64,000 nucleotides of DNA, taken from positions 17,178,522 to 17,242,521 of the forward strand of contig NC_052165.1 in the NCBI RefSeq assembly GCF_902713615.1. The letters run 5' to 3'. Below the pieces are notes generated by a model that saw only the letters and a program-made list of their open reading frames with translations, did no database searches and was not told the origin of the DNA. This document shows, in pieces, positions 1 through 24,374 of the stretch. Position 1 is the first letter of the stretch; each line of letters begins with the position of its first letter. The DNA is from Scyliorhinus canicula (taxonomy: Eukaryota). Both the position numbers and the translations under genes were made by a program.

Positions 1-470
1 TAGAGGTTGGTCCCTCATTAGATTCCTTGGAAGAAAACAGTGGTGGATCCTCCGCCTCCATTATTGAACCAGCATGCTATGTTGACGCTGGTAAGCATGA
101 TGGTGTATCTTTGGATACAGAAATGGAGACGCAGATGTCTGAGATCTTGGGTGCTGATTCCACAGTTCAGCATCCTCCAGCCGATCGTCCCCATGACGTT
201 CCTGCTGCAGGTGGGATTCCCCAATGAGGTATACGCTGACTGATCCGGCGCATCAGGTGCACGACGATTTAGCGAAACCGAAGAGAGTTTGAAGCCCTCC
301 ACCTGCTCCTCCTCATAGGTCGTGCGAGGGAGTCTTCAGACTTTTGGGGTGAGGAATGTAATATTCTGCATGGGACTTACGGGATGGGAATGATATCTTC
401 CCCATGGTTCCCGTGGAGTACAAGCTCCTCCGCTGAGGGTGGAGCATGCAGAGGCCAAGCGTAAACAGCT
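1..470 (+). mobile_element. Decayed LTR-retrotransposon 3' end (pol tail, PPT, start of LTR at 357)
   Basis: GGGGTGAGGAA polypurine tract directly followed by TGTAAT; weak evidence. Confidence 0.35.
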
Positions 471-548
471 GAAGGAGAATGTAGAATCCAGAGTGTCCCA
501 CCCACCTCGTCACACACCACCTGCCAAACCTGTGGCAGAGTCTGTGGA

Positions 549-634
549 ACGAAAGGGAAAATGCTGGATAATCTCAGCAAGTCTGGCAGCATCTGCAGGG
601 AGAGAAAAGAGCTAACGTTTCGAGTCCGATGACT
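549..634 (-). mobile_element. Penelope-like terminal-repeat fragment inserted in an RTE-like 3' end
   Basis: 12-bp TSD AGAGTCTGTGGA at 537-548 and 635-646; minus strand carries half a hammerhead (AGTCATCGGACTCGAAACGTT); flanks read TTCQTCGRVCGSRIG. Confidence 0.55.
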
Positions 635-1034
635 AGAGTCTGTGGATCCAGGATTGGACAATTTAGCCACCGCACAATCCACCTTCCAGAGTAGCAGCAA
701 ATCATCCTCGACCCTGAGGGGTTGCCCGAGAAGAGTCTTTTGTATAGCTTTGCTAAGTTACCAACTCTTTTCAGGTACACCAAGTATTTCCTAGTGCGCT
801 GTCCATACTTCTCATCACACTAGGGTTGGTCACCTGACTTGGTGGTGTCAATTTTAAGACCATATCTGGGGTTTTATACTTCAATGCTTGCCAACGCTTA
901 CCCATTGATTCCAGCCCTTAATTTCCTGCCCAGTGTTGAGTTGGACGTCAACTTTCTTCATCAGTTGTTATAATGGAGCCACAACTTTCTAAAAAGACAG
1001 TCCATATCTCTCCTCTCAGTACCGCCATTCGGCA

Positions 1035-1065
<31 letters not shown>

Positions 1066-1628
1066 CGGGCAATAAAGCTACAATCGGGAAAACTCCCAAA
1101 TTTGGATCCAAAGACTCATTTGGTAGACAATAAAAAACAGATGCTGAGATTGTCCAGTATATTCTGCTTTTGTGTAAAAAACAAGAAACACTTTCAAGTG
1201 GCCTGGTAAACAGCATGACGCCCCATTAAATGTGTGATAGTAATACTGCTACTTTCTACATAAACAATACCATACCACCAGTTAGAGCCTTGCACTTCAG
1301 CAACACCGGTTTGCTCCACACTTGGCTGGCAAGATAACAGACTCAACAACATACTCCAATTCCTTCTTCTGTTTCTGGAGTTGACTGAAGTAGGGACTGC
1401 ACATGTTGGTCCTCAGCCTGTTACATTCCCTTGCTCATCCTGGAGGTAGATGCTGTTTGTCACGTCGCCTGTAGGGTGTTCCTGGTTTTTGCATGGCCTC
1501 TGGTTCATATTCCCTTCAGGCACTACACTCGGGACGTAATGTGCTTTGGCACCAGGCCCTGCTAATGCTCCAGTGCTGCCTCCCAGCTGGGTTCATCCTG
1601 GAAGTGACCATCTATCTATACATGTGCA

Positions 1629-2190
1629 GGGCGGCACGGTGGCACAGTGGTCAGCACTGCTGCCTACAGCGCTGAGGACCCGGGTTCGGTCCCAGCTCCA
1701 GGTCACTGTCTGTGTGGAGTTTGCACATTAGAACATAGAACAGTACAGGCCCTTCGGCCCTCGATGTTGTGCCGAGCAATGATCACCCTACTCAAGCCTA
1801 ACGTATCCACCCTATACCAGTAACCCCCCCCCCAATTAACCTTACTTTTTAGGACACTAAGGGCAATTTATCCTGGCCAATCCACCTAACCTGCACATCT
1901 TTGGACTGTGGGAGGAAACCGGAGCACCCGGAGGAAACCCACGCACACACGGGGAGGACGTGCAGACTCCGCACAGACAGTGACCCAGCCGGGAATTGAA
2001 CCTGAGACCCTGGAGCTGTGAAGCATTTATGCTAACCACCATGCTACCGTGCTGCCCCACATTCTCCCCATGTCTGCTTGGGTTTCACCCCCACAACCCA
2101 AAGATGTGCAGGTTAAGTGGATTGGTCACACTAAATTGGCACATAATTGGAAAAAAATAATTGGGTACTCTATAATTTTTTTAAAAAAAT
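1629..2190 (+). mobile_element. tRNA-derived V-SINE (HE1-like), interrupted by an antisense SINE
   Basis: A-box/B-box head GGCACGGTGGCACAGTGG...GGTTCG; body resumes after TSD CACATT (1724-1729, 2058-2063). Confidence 0.85.
1730..2057 (-). mobile_element. V-SINE with CR1-like tail
   Basis: Full head and body; tail TGTTCTATGTTCT resembles the CR1 end at 48765. Confidence 0.85.
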
Positions 2191-2446
2191 CTCTTACTTA
2201 TTCCAGTTCCCATGAAAGATGGTTGACTCAGTTTTTCTCTTCACAGCTACTGCCTTACCGTCTAATTATTGCCAGTATTTTCTGTCTTTTTGTAGCTTAC
2301 TTCATGGCACTCTTATCTCTGGCCATGAATTTATGGACCATCCTGCCCGGCAGTGACGTTATGGTGCAGCCAAAGTAAACGGCAATTTAAATGGCTCGCT
2401 GCATTCCCTGTGGTGAGACACATCATGGCAAGGTCATAAAGATTCT

Positions 2447-2765
2447 GGGTTCAATCCCACTCCTTGGCTTGAGCACAGAAATCAAGGCTGACCCTCCAGT
2501 GCTGTACCGAGGGAGCAATGCACTGCCATTAAACTGAGGCCCTATCTGTCTGCCCAGCTGGGTATAGAATATTCCATGGCACATTTCAAAGAAGTGCAAG
2601 AGAGGTTATCCCTGGTGCCCTGGCAAATATTTAACCCTCAATCACCATCACAACAAAAGCAGATTATCTGATCATTATCATATTGTTTGTGGGGGTTTGC
2701 TGAACGCACATTGACTGAAGTGTTTTGTACATTACAACGGTGACCACACTTCAGAAGTACTTCAA
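2447..2765 (+). mobile_element. DeuSINE (SacSINE1/AmnSINE-like) copy
   Basis: ATTAAACTGAGGCCC...CCATGGCAC...CAGATTATCTG-TCATTATCA...CATTACAAC-GTGAC, Deu-domain-like blocks recognised from memory. Confidence 0.6.
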
Positions 2766-2779
2766 AATAAGGTTGTGGA

Positions 2780-3007
2780 GGGCAGCACGGTGGCCTAGTG
2801 GTTAGCACAACCGCCTCACGGCGCTGAGGTCCCAGGTTCGATCCCAGCTCTGGGTCACTGTCCGTGTGGAGTTTGCACATTCTCCCCGTGTCTGCGTGGG
2901 TTTCGCCCCCACAACCCAAAAATGTGCAGAGTAGGTGGATTGGCCACGCTAAATTGCCCCTTAATTGGAAAAAATAATTGGGTAATCTAAATTTATATAT
3001 AAAAAAA
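2780..3007 (+). mobile_element. V-SINE, A-tailed type
   Basis: TSD AAGGTTGTGG at 2769-2778 and 3008-3017. Confidence 0.85.
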
Positions 3008-3017
3008 AAGGTTGTGG

Positions 3018-3620
3018 GGTGAGGGTGGAGCCGAGCCCGAGAGTGGCAGTCTTCGGGATATTGGAACAGCCAGAGCTACATATGGGGAAGGAGGCCGACT
3101 CCTTTGCTTTTGCTTCCTTAATTGCACGCTGGAGAATCCTGCCCGGTTGGCGATCAGCAGCACCACCCACAGCTGCAGACTGGCTAGCAGACCTGGCGGA
3201 ATTTCTCCACTTGGCGAAGATTAAGGACACCATCCGAGGGTCAAAAAAAGGGCTTCCACAAAGCGTGGGGGCCATTTGTCGGCCTGTTCCAAGACCTGTT
3301 CGAGGCCAATGGCGACTAGGAAAAGCTGGGGAGGTGGAGGAGAGCAGACAAGAACGCATACAACAGGAAAGTACAAAGGGGGAGGGGGGAGAGATGAGGA
3401 GGGAACCCAAGGGAGCCACACAGAGAAACATGTGGGGGAAAAAGGGAGGAGGGGAGGGGGCAGGAAGCCCCCCCCCCCCCCCCCCCCCCCCCGAACCCAC
3501 AAGGTCAACAACAAAAGCTGCAGAAAAGAAGAGAGGAGCTCAGCAGTAGGACACCCAGCGGACGAGGGGGCTACCAATGTGGGGACTGTAGATGCTGGAC
3601 CAAAACAGAAAATATTATAA
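3018..3620 (+). mobile_element. L1/Tx1-like 3' fragment
   Basis: VAVFG...AFASLIARWRIL...W, the same C-terminal block as other L1-like copies here. Confidence 0.75.
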
Positions 3621-4861
3621 TAATCTTTATTATTATTCTCACAAGTAGGCTTACATTAACATTGCAACAAAGTCACCACACCCAGGCACCTGTTCAGGTA
3701 CACCGAGGGAGAATTCAGAATGTCCAAATTACCTAACAAGCATGTTTTTCAGAACTTGTGGGAGAAAATGGAGCACCTGGAGGAAACCCATACAGACACA
3801 GGGAGAACGTACAGACTCCCCACAGACAGTGACCCAAGCCAGGAATCGAACCTGGGACCCAGTAACCCTGACCCTGAAGTGAGACAATCTCAGCACATCT
3901 GGCAGCATCTGTGGAGAGAGAAGGGAGCTAAATTTGGCTTAGAGGTTGGTAGCCTCTAGTCATACTACCAGTTCTTTGGACTATGCACCTCCCCTCCCCG
4001 CGTCTCTCCTGCCACTCCTTCCCCCCGCCCCGCTTCTTTCTCCATAAGGGGTGAATGTGGTAGTATGGCTAGAGAGATATTACCGGAGAACCAGGCTGCC
4101 ATTGGTACAGCAGCCTCGCTGCCCATTGTCCCAGGCAAGTCATGTGCCTCTCTGCCAATTGGTTGTGGCTGGTCATGTGATTCCCCGCCGATTGGCTGAG
4201 AGGTTGGTAGCTTGCCTACAAGGCGGGGTATAAGAGCTCGTGTTGGCTGGCAGTCGGCCTTTCTCTGTACGACCACTGCCTGGCTCACATCCAGCGTATT
4301 AAAGCCTGTTGTTTGGAACTTCACTATGACTCGAGTCCAATTGATGGTGCATCAGCCACATTGAGAAACATGTGGGAAAAAAGGGGAGAGGGGAGGGGGC
4401 AGGAAGCCCCTCCCCCCCCCCTCCGAACCCACAAGGTCAACAACAAAAGCCGCAGAAAAGAGGAGAGGAGCCCAGCAGTAGGACACTCAGGCGGACAAGG
4501 GGGCTACCAATGTGGGGACTGTAGATGCTGGACCAAAACAGAAAATACTATAATAATCTTTATTATTCTCACAAGTAGGCTTACATTAACATTGCAACGA
4601 AGTCACCACACCCAGGCACCTGTTCAGGTACACCGAGGGAGAATGAAGAATGTCCAAATTACCTAACAAGCATGTTTTTCAGAACTTGTGGGAGAAAATG
4701 GAGCACCCGGAGGAAACCCATACAGACACAGGGAGAACGTACAGACTCCCCACAGACAGTGACCCAAGCCAGGAATCGAACCTGGGACCCAGTAACGCTG
4801 ACCCTGAAGTGAGACAATCTCAGCACGTCTGGCAGCACCTGTGGAGAGAGAAGGGAGCTAA
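3415..4861 (+). repeat. Direct duplication of about 510 bp (3415-3931 and 4355-4861) separated by an LTR-containing spacer
   Basis: Near-identical sequence and ORF pairs (3720-3959 versus 4650-4934). Confidence 0.9.
4056..4354 (+). mobile_element. LTR preceded by a polypurine tract (gypsy-like 3' LTR remnant)
   Basis: AAGGGGTGAA|TGTGGTAG...TGCATCA; several ATTGG boxes, TATAA at 4229, ATTAAA at 4298. Confidence 0.65.
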
Positions 4862-5549
4862 TTTTTCAAGCCTGGATGACTCTTTGTCAAAGCTGGGGAG
4901 AACTGGAAGTAGGGTCAGATTTATAATGTTGTAGGGGGGAGGGAGGGGCATGGGTAGTTGGGCTGGATAGAGGGCCAGTAATTGAGATTACGAGGACCAA
5001 ACCGGCTTCACATTTGCATTAAAGGTAAACGAATGTGTCATGTGCCATGAAGATCAACTAGCAAAAGTGGGTCCCAGGGAAAAAAACGTTTGAAAATCAC
5101 TGCTGTAGAGGCTGGTGTGTTGTTTATTGACTATTTGATTGCAAGGAATTGCAGAGCAAAAAAACACAAAATCTGTGGGTAAGTAGTGACAAGCACTGCT
5201 CATTTTCTGATCACAAAATCCAAGTCACAATTTCTCTAAGTGAGCCTTCAATGAACATCTTTGCCGGCTCAGTGGGCTAGACAGCTAGTTTGTGATGTAG
5301 AACAAGGCCAGCAGCGTGGGTTCAATTCCCGTACCAGCTGAGAATTCGGAATTCTCCCTCGGTGTACCCGAACAGGCGCTGGAATGTGGCAACGGGGCTT
5401 TTCACAGTAACTTCATTGCAGTGTTAATGTAAGCCTACTTGTGACAATAAAGATTATTTATTTATAATCACAGGTTGTAAAGGCATTAGCAAAGTACATG
5501 TCTTTCGAGTTGACCTGTATTGAGCTATACGGGACAGAAATAAACTGTC

Positions 5550-6475
5550 GGGGTAGCACGGTGGTGCAGTGGTTAGCACTGCTGCCTCACGGTGCCGAGG
5601 TCCCATGTTCGATCCCGGCTCTGGGTCACTGTCCGTGTGGCGTTTTCACATTCTCCCCGTGTTTGCGTGGGTTTCGCCCCCACAACACGGTAGAATTGTG
5701 GATAGCACAATCGCTTAACAGCTCCAGGGTCCCAGGTTCGATTCCGGCTTGGGTCACTGTCTGTGCGGAGTCTGCACATCCTCCCCGTGTGTGCGTGAGT
5801 TTCCTCCGGGTGCTCCGGTTTCCTCCCACAGTCCAAAGATGTGCAGGTTAGGTGGATTGGCCATGATAAATTGCCCTTAGTGTTTGGTGGGGTTACTGGG
5901 TTATGGGGATAGGGTGGAGACGTTAACCTTGGGTAAGGTGCTCTTTCCAGGAGCCGGTGCAGACTCGATGGCCGAATGGCCTCCTTCTGCACTGTAAATT
6001 CTATGAAACCCAAGGATGTGCAGGGTAGGTGGATTGACCACGCTAAATTGCCCCTTTTAAAAAATATATATTTGTATTAGGGTATTTGCAGTTTTTATAA
6101 TAATAACAACAGCGACATAAACATGGTACAATAAACATTTCCATCCCCATCACAATCTTCACACACCACAACCATAAAACAACAGTCTGGCCCCTTTGGA
6201 ATTCTGCTTCTGCTGACATTTTAATTTTCCCCCGAGAAAGTCGACGAATGGCTGCCACCTCCTGGTGAACTCTGACATTGACCCTCTTAAGGCGAACTTT
6301 ATTTTCTCGAGACTGAGAAACTCAGTCATATCACTGACCCAGATCTCTGCACTCGGGGGCTTTGAGTTCCTCCACATGAATAAGATCCGTCTATAGGCTA
6401 CCAAGGAGGCAAAGCTAAATTGCCCCTTAATAGGAAAAATGAATTGGGTACTCTAAATTTATATATATAAAAAAA
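5550..6475 (+). mobile_element. V-SINE containing a second SINE (5686-6006) and an L1 fragment
   Basis: The host SINE body is collinear once both inserts are removed. Confidence 0.8.
6057..6413 (-). mobile_element. L1/Tx1-like 3' fragment inserted in a SINE
   Basis: RRIL...EKIKFALRGS...RRWQPFVDF; 15-bp TSD GCTAAATTGCCCCTT at 6042-6056 and 6414-6428. Confidence 0.85.
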
Positions 6476-7082
6476 CCTGTCATCTTTCTTCGCACTGGAT
6501 TAGACTGATTGAATCGGTCCACACGGTAGCAGTGGTTAGCACTGTTGTTTCACAGTACCATGGTCCCAGGTTCGATTTGCGGCTTGGGTCACTGCATGTG
6601 CGGGCTCTGCACGCTCTCCCTGAATCTGCGTGGCTTTCCTCCGGGTGCTCCAGTTTCCTACAAGTCCGTCAGATGTGCTGTTAAGTGAATTGGACATTCT
6701 GAATTCTCTCTCCGTGTACCTGTACAGGCGCTGGAATGTGGGGATTTTCACAGTAACTTCATTGCAGTGTTACTTGTGACAATAAAAATTATGACAAAAT
6801 GGTTAAACTGATGTGGTCAGATTTAGATTGGTGTGGATGAAACATAAAAAATGCAGGAAGTACTCAGTATGTCAGGCAGCACTTGATTCTGGGTGACTAA
6901 CTCTCAGAGGAAACATTAAGGGCGCTTTTGTTGTAACTTGTATTTCAGGGATAGCAGGATGTCATCACTGGAATGGAAGTGTGTCATGTGATCCAACATC
7001 ATTTTCACTTTGGCCTGTGAGCTGAGCAGACAGTATACAACTCTGCTGCTTATGTCTTTGAGCTTTCTATTTATGTGTATGT

Positions 7083-7402
7083 TTAGTGCAAAAGGAGGCC
7101 ATTCGGCCCATCGAGTCTGCACTGGCCCTTGGAAAGAGAACCCTACTTAAACCCACGCCTCCAACCTATCCCTGTAACTCAGTAACCCCACCTAACCTTT
7201 TTGACACTAAGGGTAATTTTGCATGGCCAAACCACCTAACCTGCATATCTTTGGACTATGGGAGGAAACCGGAGAACCTGGAGGAATACCACAGATACAG
7301 GGAGAACGTGCAGACTCTGCACAGACATTGACCCAAGCCGGGAATCGAACCTGGGGCCCTGGAGCTATGAAACAACAGTTTTAATCACATTGCGACCGTG
7401 CT
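7083..7402 (-). mobile_element. V-SINE
   Basis: Same family consensus, antisense. Confidence 0.75.
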
Positions 7403-7679
7403 TCTCATACCTGTCTAGTTTAAACAAAATAACCCACAATGCGTTCACACAATTCCTTATGAGCGGTTGATGCTTTTATATCATTATAAAAACACAACTT
7501 TGGATCTGGATACTGCAGCAGCAACCAGGGTTTCTGCAGAGCCAGGGGTTAGTGACACTGAGCTGGGGGTGTCGGGGGTACTCTAGAGACTGGGGTGCAC
7601 TGCAGAGCCAGGGAAGGGGAGACCGCAGAGCTGGTAGGTTGGAACAGACTGCAAAGATGGGGGGGGGGGGGAACGACTG

Positions 7680-8400
7680 CAGAGTAGCAGGTAGGTGGGT
7701 GGGGGGACAACAGGGAAAGAGGTGAGTGGGGCGGACTGCAGAGGATATGGTGCGTGGGTGGGGGACAGCAGAGAAGATGTGTGGGTGGGGGACTGCAGAG
7801 AAGGAGGTGTGTGGGTGGGGGAACTGCAGAGGAGGAGTGTGGGTGGGGGACTGCAGAGAAGGAGGTGTATGGGTGGGGGACAGCAGTGTAGGAGGTGTGT
7901 GGGTGGGGGGGGACTGCAGAGAAGATGTGTGGGTGGGGGACTGCAGAGAAGGAGGTGTGTGGGTGGGGGAACTGCAGAGGAGGAATGTGGGTGGGGGACT
8001 GCAGAGAAGGAGGTGTATGGGTGGGGGACTGCAGTGTAGGAGGTGTGTGGGTGGGGGACAGCAGAGAAGGAGGTGTGTGGGTGGGGGGGGACTGCAGAGA
8101 AGGTGTGTGGGTGGGGGGGGGACTGCAGAGAAGGAGGTGTGTGGGTGGGGGACTGCAGAGAAGGAGGTGTATGGGTGGGGGACTGCAGTGTAGGAGGTGT
8201 GTGGGTGGGGGACAGCAGAGAAGGAGGTGTGTGGGTGGGGGACTGCAGAGAAGGAGGTGTGTGGGTGGGGGACTGCAGTGTAGGAGGTGTGTGGGTGGTG
8301 GGAACTGCAGAGAAGGTGTCAGTGAGGGGACTGCAGTTTAGGAGATGGGGGGGGGGGGCACTGCAGAGAAGAAGGTGTGTGGGTGGGGGGGCTGCAGTGT
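7680..8400 (+). repeat. 30-bp G-rich minisatellite upstream of TMBIM4
   Basis: Unit GACTGCAGAGAAGGAGGTGTGTGGGTGGGG, over 20 copies. Confidence 0.9.
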
Positions 8401-8494
8401 TGGGGGATATAGGTAAGTGGAGACTGCTGATCCATGCTGCACAGGTGCACCATTTAAAGGCCTCAGTCGGGTGAACACATCCTGCGACAGGAGC

Positions 8495-8741
8495 CTGGAC
8501 AGGGCGATGGGCGGCCTGGGACCGGGGTCTGGACAGGGCGATGGGCGGCCTGGGACCGGGGTCTGGACAGGGCGATGGGCGGCCTGGGGCCGGGGTCTGG
8601 ACAGGGCGATGGGCGGCCTGGGGCCGGGGTCTGGACAGGACCATGGGCGGCCTGGGACCGGGGTCTGGACAGGGCCATGAGCGGCCTGGGGCCTGTACAG
8701 GGCCATGAGCGGCCTGGGGCCTGTACAGGGCCATGGGCGGC
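8495..8741 (+). repeat. 34-bp CpG-rich minisatellite at the TMBIM4 promoter
   Basis: Unit CTGGACAGGGCGATGGGCGGCCTGGGACCGGGGT, about 6 copies plus two 28-bp variants. Confidence 0.9.
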
Positions 8742-8759
8742 TGCTGGGCTGGTGCAGAT

Positions 8760-8845
8760 CCGGGTCACCCGCTGACCCCGGAAGTGGTTACTCGCAGCCT
8801 CGCGCACGCGCACACCCAGTCTGAGATCGGCTGTTTGGAGACGCG
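8760..8845 (+). promoter_or_regulatory. TMBIM4 CpG-island core promoter with ETS/GABP and NRF1 motifs
   Basis: CCGGAAGTG at 8778-8786; CGCGCACGCGCA at 8801-8812 fits the NRF1 consensus YGCGCAYGCGCR; directly upstream of the ATG. Confidence 0.7.
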
Positions 8846-21361
<12,516 letters not shown>

Positions 21362-21878
21362 TCACTCGGGTTATTGCAGTAAAGATGTTAATATGTCTCT
21401 AACTGAAATTTAATGAAGGGGTGCATTTTGTGTATGGGCTTGCTGATTTATTGTCACTGTTCTTAATGGATCATATTTATATTCATTGTATGATGTAGAT
21501 AATTTTGAGTTATTGTAGTCAATTTGTATAGTTTTTATTTTGGGGCAATTGAGGGCACTTTTGGCAAATAGTTTTTTTGGTAAATTATAAACTGGGAATG
21601 GGCACCAATGCAAACTCAGAATCCATCAACGTTTTTTTGTCAGCAGCTTTGTTTGTTTTGAATTTAGATTGTTCAAAACATCTTTTTAGGCTCTAAATTG
21701 AAATTTGATGCTAAATTGGGAGGAAACAAGTTTTGATTAGGTGTGGGCTCAACAAAGGATTGTCACCGTATCCTTTTTTATTGCAATACTTTTCTCTTGT
21801 AATTATTTAAATGTTCATAGATTGATGTCCTATTCTGTAAAAACGTTTTTGTTCAATTGCATGTAAGACATCCCTTTA

Positions 21879-21884
21879 AATAAA
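21879..21884 (+). terminator. Probable TMBIM4 polyadenylation signal
   Basis: AATAAA about 520 nt after the stop, followed by T/GT-rich sequence. Confidence 0.55.
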
Positions 21885-24374
21885 ATCTGTGCAGTTCACC
21901 TTTTATATTTAAGTGTTTATTTTAAAAGATATTAAATAATAACTTATTAATCTTCCAGGCAGCCAATTGTGAAATACCCTTTTTCTTTAGGGGCCCAGGT
22001 AGCCAAAAGGCATGATGCCAATGCTAAAGTGATGAAAATCGGCTGAGTAAGAGGCCAGAATGGGACGAACATAGACCTGGGAAGGTTGTGTGGTAGTGGA
22101 GGCTACAGAGCTAGAAGGGCAAGGAACTTTAAAAGCAGGATGAGAAATTTTAAATCTTAATGCGTTAAAAGACTTAAAACAATTCAACTGACATGTGTTA
22201 TTGAGAAATGTGAGATTTTATTGCACTTTCTCTGTCACTGAGTTGCATGATCGGTCCTTGTCCCAGTTTTTTGTTCTTTTAAAAAAATTGTATTTATTCA
22301 GAGTTTGTTTTTAATATTGGACAAAATTATTTATTTGGACCCAAATCTGAAATGCCCCTGATGACTTTTCCCTTCCATTTATAAAAAGGCATACCTGATT
22401 ATGCAAACAGGTATCTTTTTTTTCCAACTACAGCCATCTGATGTGGCATAGCTGAGGTGTGAGGTATCCCATTTTCCATGCAGCATCACCTACAAATGCT
22501 TTTAAAGTAGGTCAAGCACGCACACTGGTTCAACCCAGAGAGATTAGAACATGGAACTGGCAAATCACACTAATTCATTTTAAGGGAAGGAAGATAAATA
22601 TATGAAGGAGAAATTAATAGAAGCATACGCTGATAGGGTAGATTGGGAAGTGGTTTATGTGGAGCATAAACCTTGACACAGACCAATTGAGCCAAATGGT
22701 CTGTTCATACTCTCTTAAAATCCCAACAGAGACCGATAACTTCACTGGATGTCATTCTAAATTGCCCTTAGTGTCCAAAAAGGTTAGATGGGGATATAGG
22801 GTGGAGGCGTGGGGTTTATGTAGGGTGCTCTTTCCAAGGCCCGGTGCAGACTCGATGGGCTGAATGGCCTCCTGCACTGTAAATTCTATGATTCTTTGAA
22901 GAACTTAAATCATCAACTGAAATCCTTAGTAGAAATGTAACATTGACTATCAAAGCAAAAGAGATTGTGATGGCCACCTGTTGCATGAAAGGTAAGTGAA
23001 AATGGTGGGTCGCGAAGGTCGGCCAACTGGTAAAAATGGGTCCTGGGAAAAAAAGTTGAAAAACTGCTCTCGACCTCCAACTTATCTCTAACTTCGGAGT
23101 AAATAGATGATTTAAAGCATAATCATTTACAAAACCTGACACTTATAACATATCTCTGGGAATTAGAGACTAACAATCTATTCATTGTCAGTTCAGATCA
23201 TTGTTTACAGGTGTGAATATCTCGCAGTTTCTTCCCAATAAAACAACCTGGGAGCTTGAACAACCAAGCCACCCAAACATAATGACATCGCCGTTTTAAA
23301 TACGGAATACTGCTTCGGAATATGATAAAATGAGTTGCAACATATTGCAATGCTGATATTGCACTTGCTTTCTAGATAATTTAAAGCTCATTAGAGGAAT
23401 GATTCCAGTCTGTGAAACATGATTTATGCTATTCTGTGAATCTTAATTTCTGTGCTTATGTACTGCCATGCAGCGCAATCTGTTTGGGGTTTTTACAGTA
23501 AACATTTTTCTTGCATTCAGCATCACAACTTGCTCTTGGAAGTAAATCCTCTCAATAAAGTGTAACTTATCCAATCTCAAAGAATTACGCCGAACCTTTT
23601 CCCTTGCAGTTTGGACTTCGGGATATATCTGCCATGTGGTTTCCTTGACTTTGTATAGGCAGAAGAATAAGTTCAAACTGTGGCGGTGGCTATTTAAAAT
23701 TAGACCAATTATGAACAACAAAAATAAGTGAATGGAAGAAGAAGTAATAGATTTACAGTAATGATCTACTTAACCGATATAATCCAAAGAAATACAATCA
23801 AAATAAGAAAGAGGAGGCCATTCAGCCCCTCAAACCTTCGCTGCCATTTAATAAGATCATGGCTGATTTGATTGTGGTCACCACTTGCTTTCCTGCCTCA
23901 GTCACCCATGACTCCCTGGAGATCGTGGGCTGGATTCTACGGTCGCCAATAATGAAATCGCGTTCGGCGATTGGCCGGAGAATCCAAGTTTTCGACCAAA
24001 TCGGGGGCGGTGCCGCTTTCGCAATGCTCCGCCCCCTCCAAAGCGAGAGCATCAGGATATTGCCTGCCCCCCCCCCCAACTGATGCTTTCTGGGCGAGTT
24101 CCCAATGGCGTGAGTCTCATGGTGTCACCCATCGGAAACTCGGGTGCTGGCTGCGGACTCAGTCCAGCGTTGCCCCAGTTGGGGGAGGGCCATTTTGGAG
24201 GGGGGGGGGGGGGGGGGTGGCCCGGGCATGTGAGCCGGCCTAAGTGTGGGGGGGGATCTATTTCATGGGCAAGGTCCACGAGCGGCTGCCGCTGGTAATT
24301 CTCCAGGGCATATTGGCAGCTAGAGCCGGGTGCTCTACCGACCCCTAAGAAACAAATCTTTTAGCGTCTTAATG

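Noticed and set aside
7583-8813. Mucin-like or Cys/Gly-rich ORFs
   Set aside because: Products of the 30-bp and 34-bp tandem repeats.
23926-24340. CpG-rich segment as a possible promoter
   Set aside because: Looks like a fragment of an interspersed repeat; no splice donor or linked exon found, and the family could not be established.
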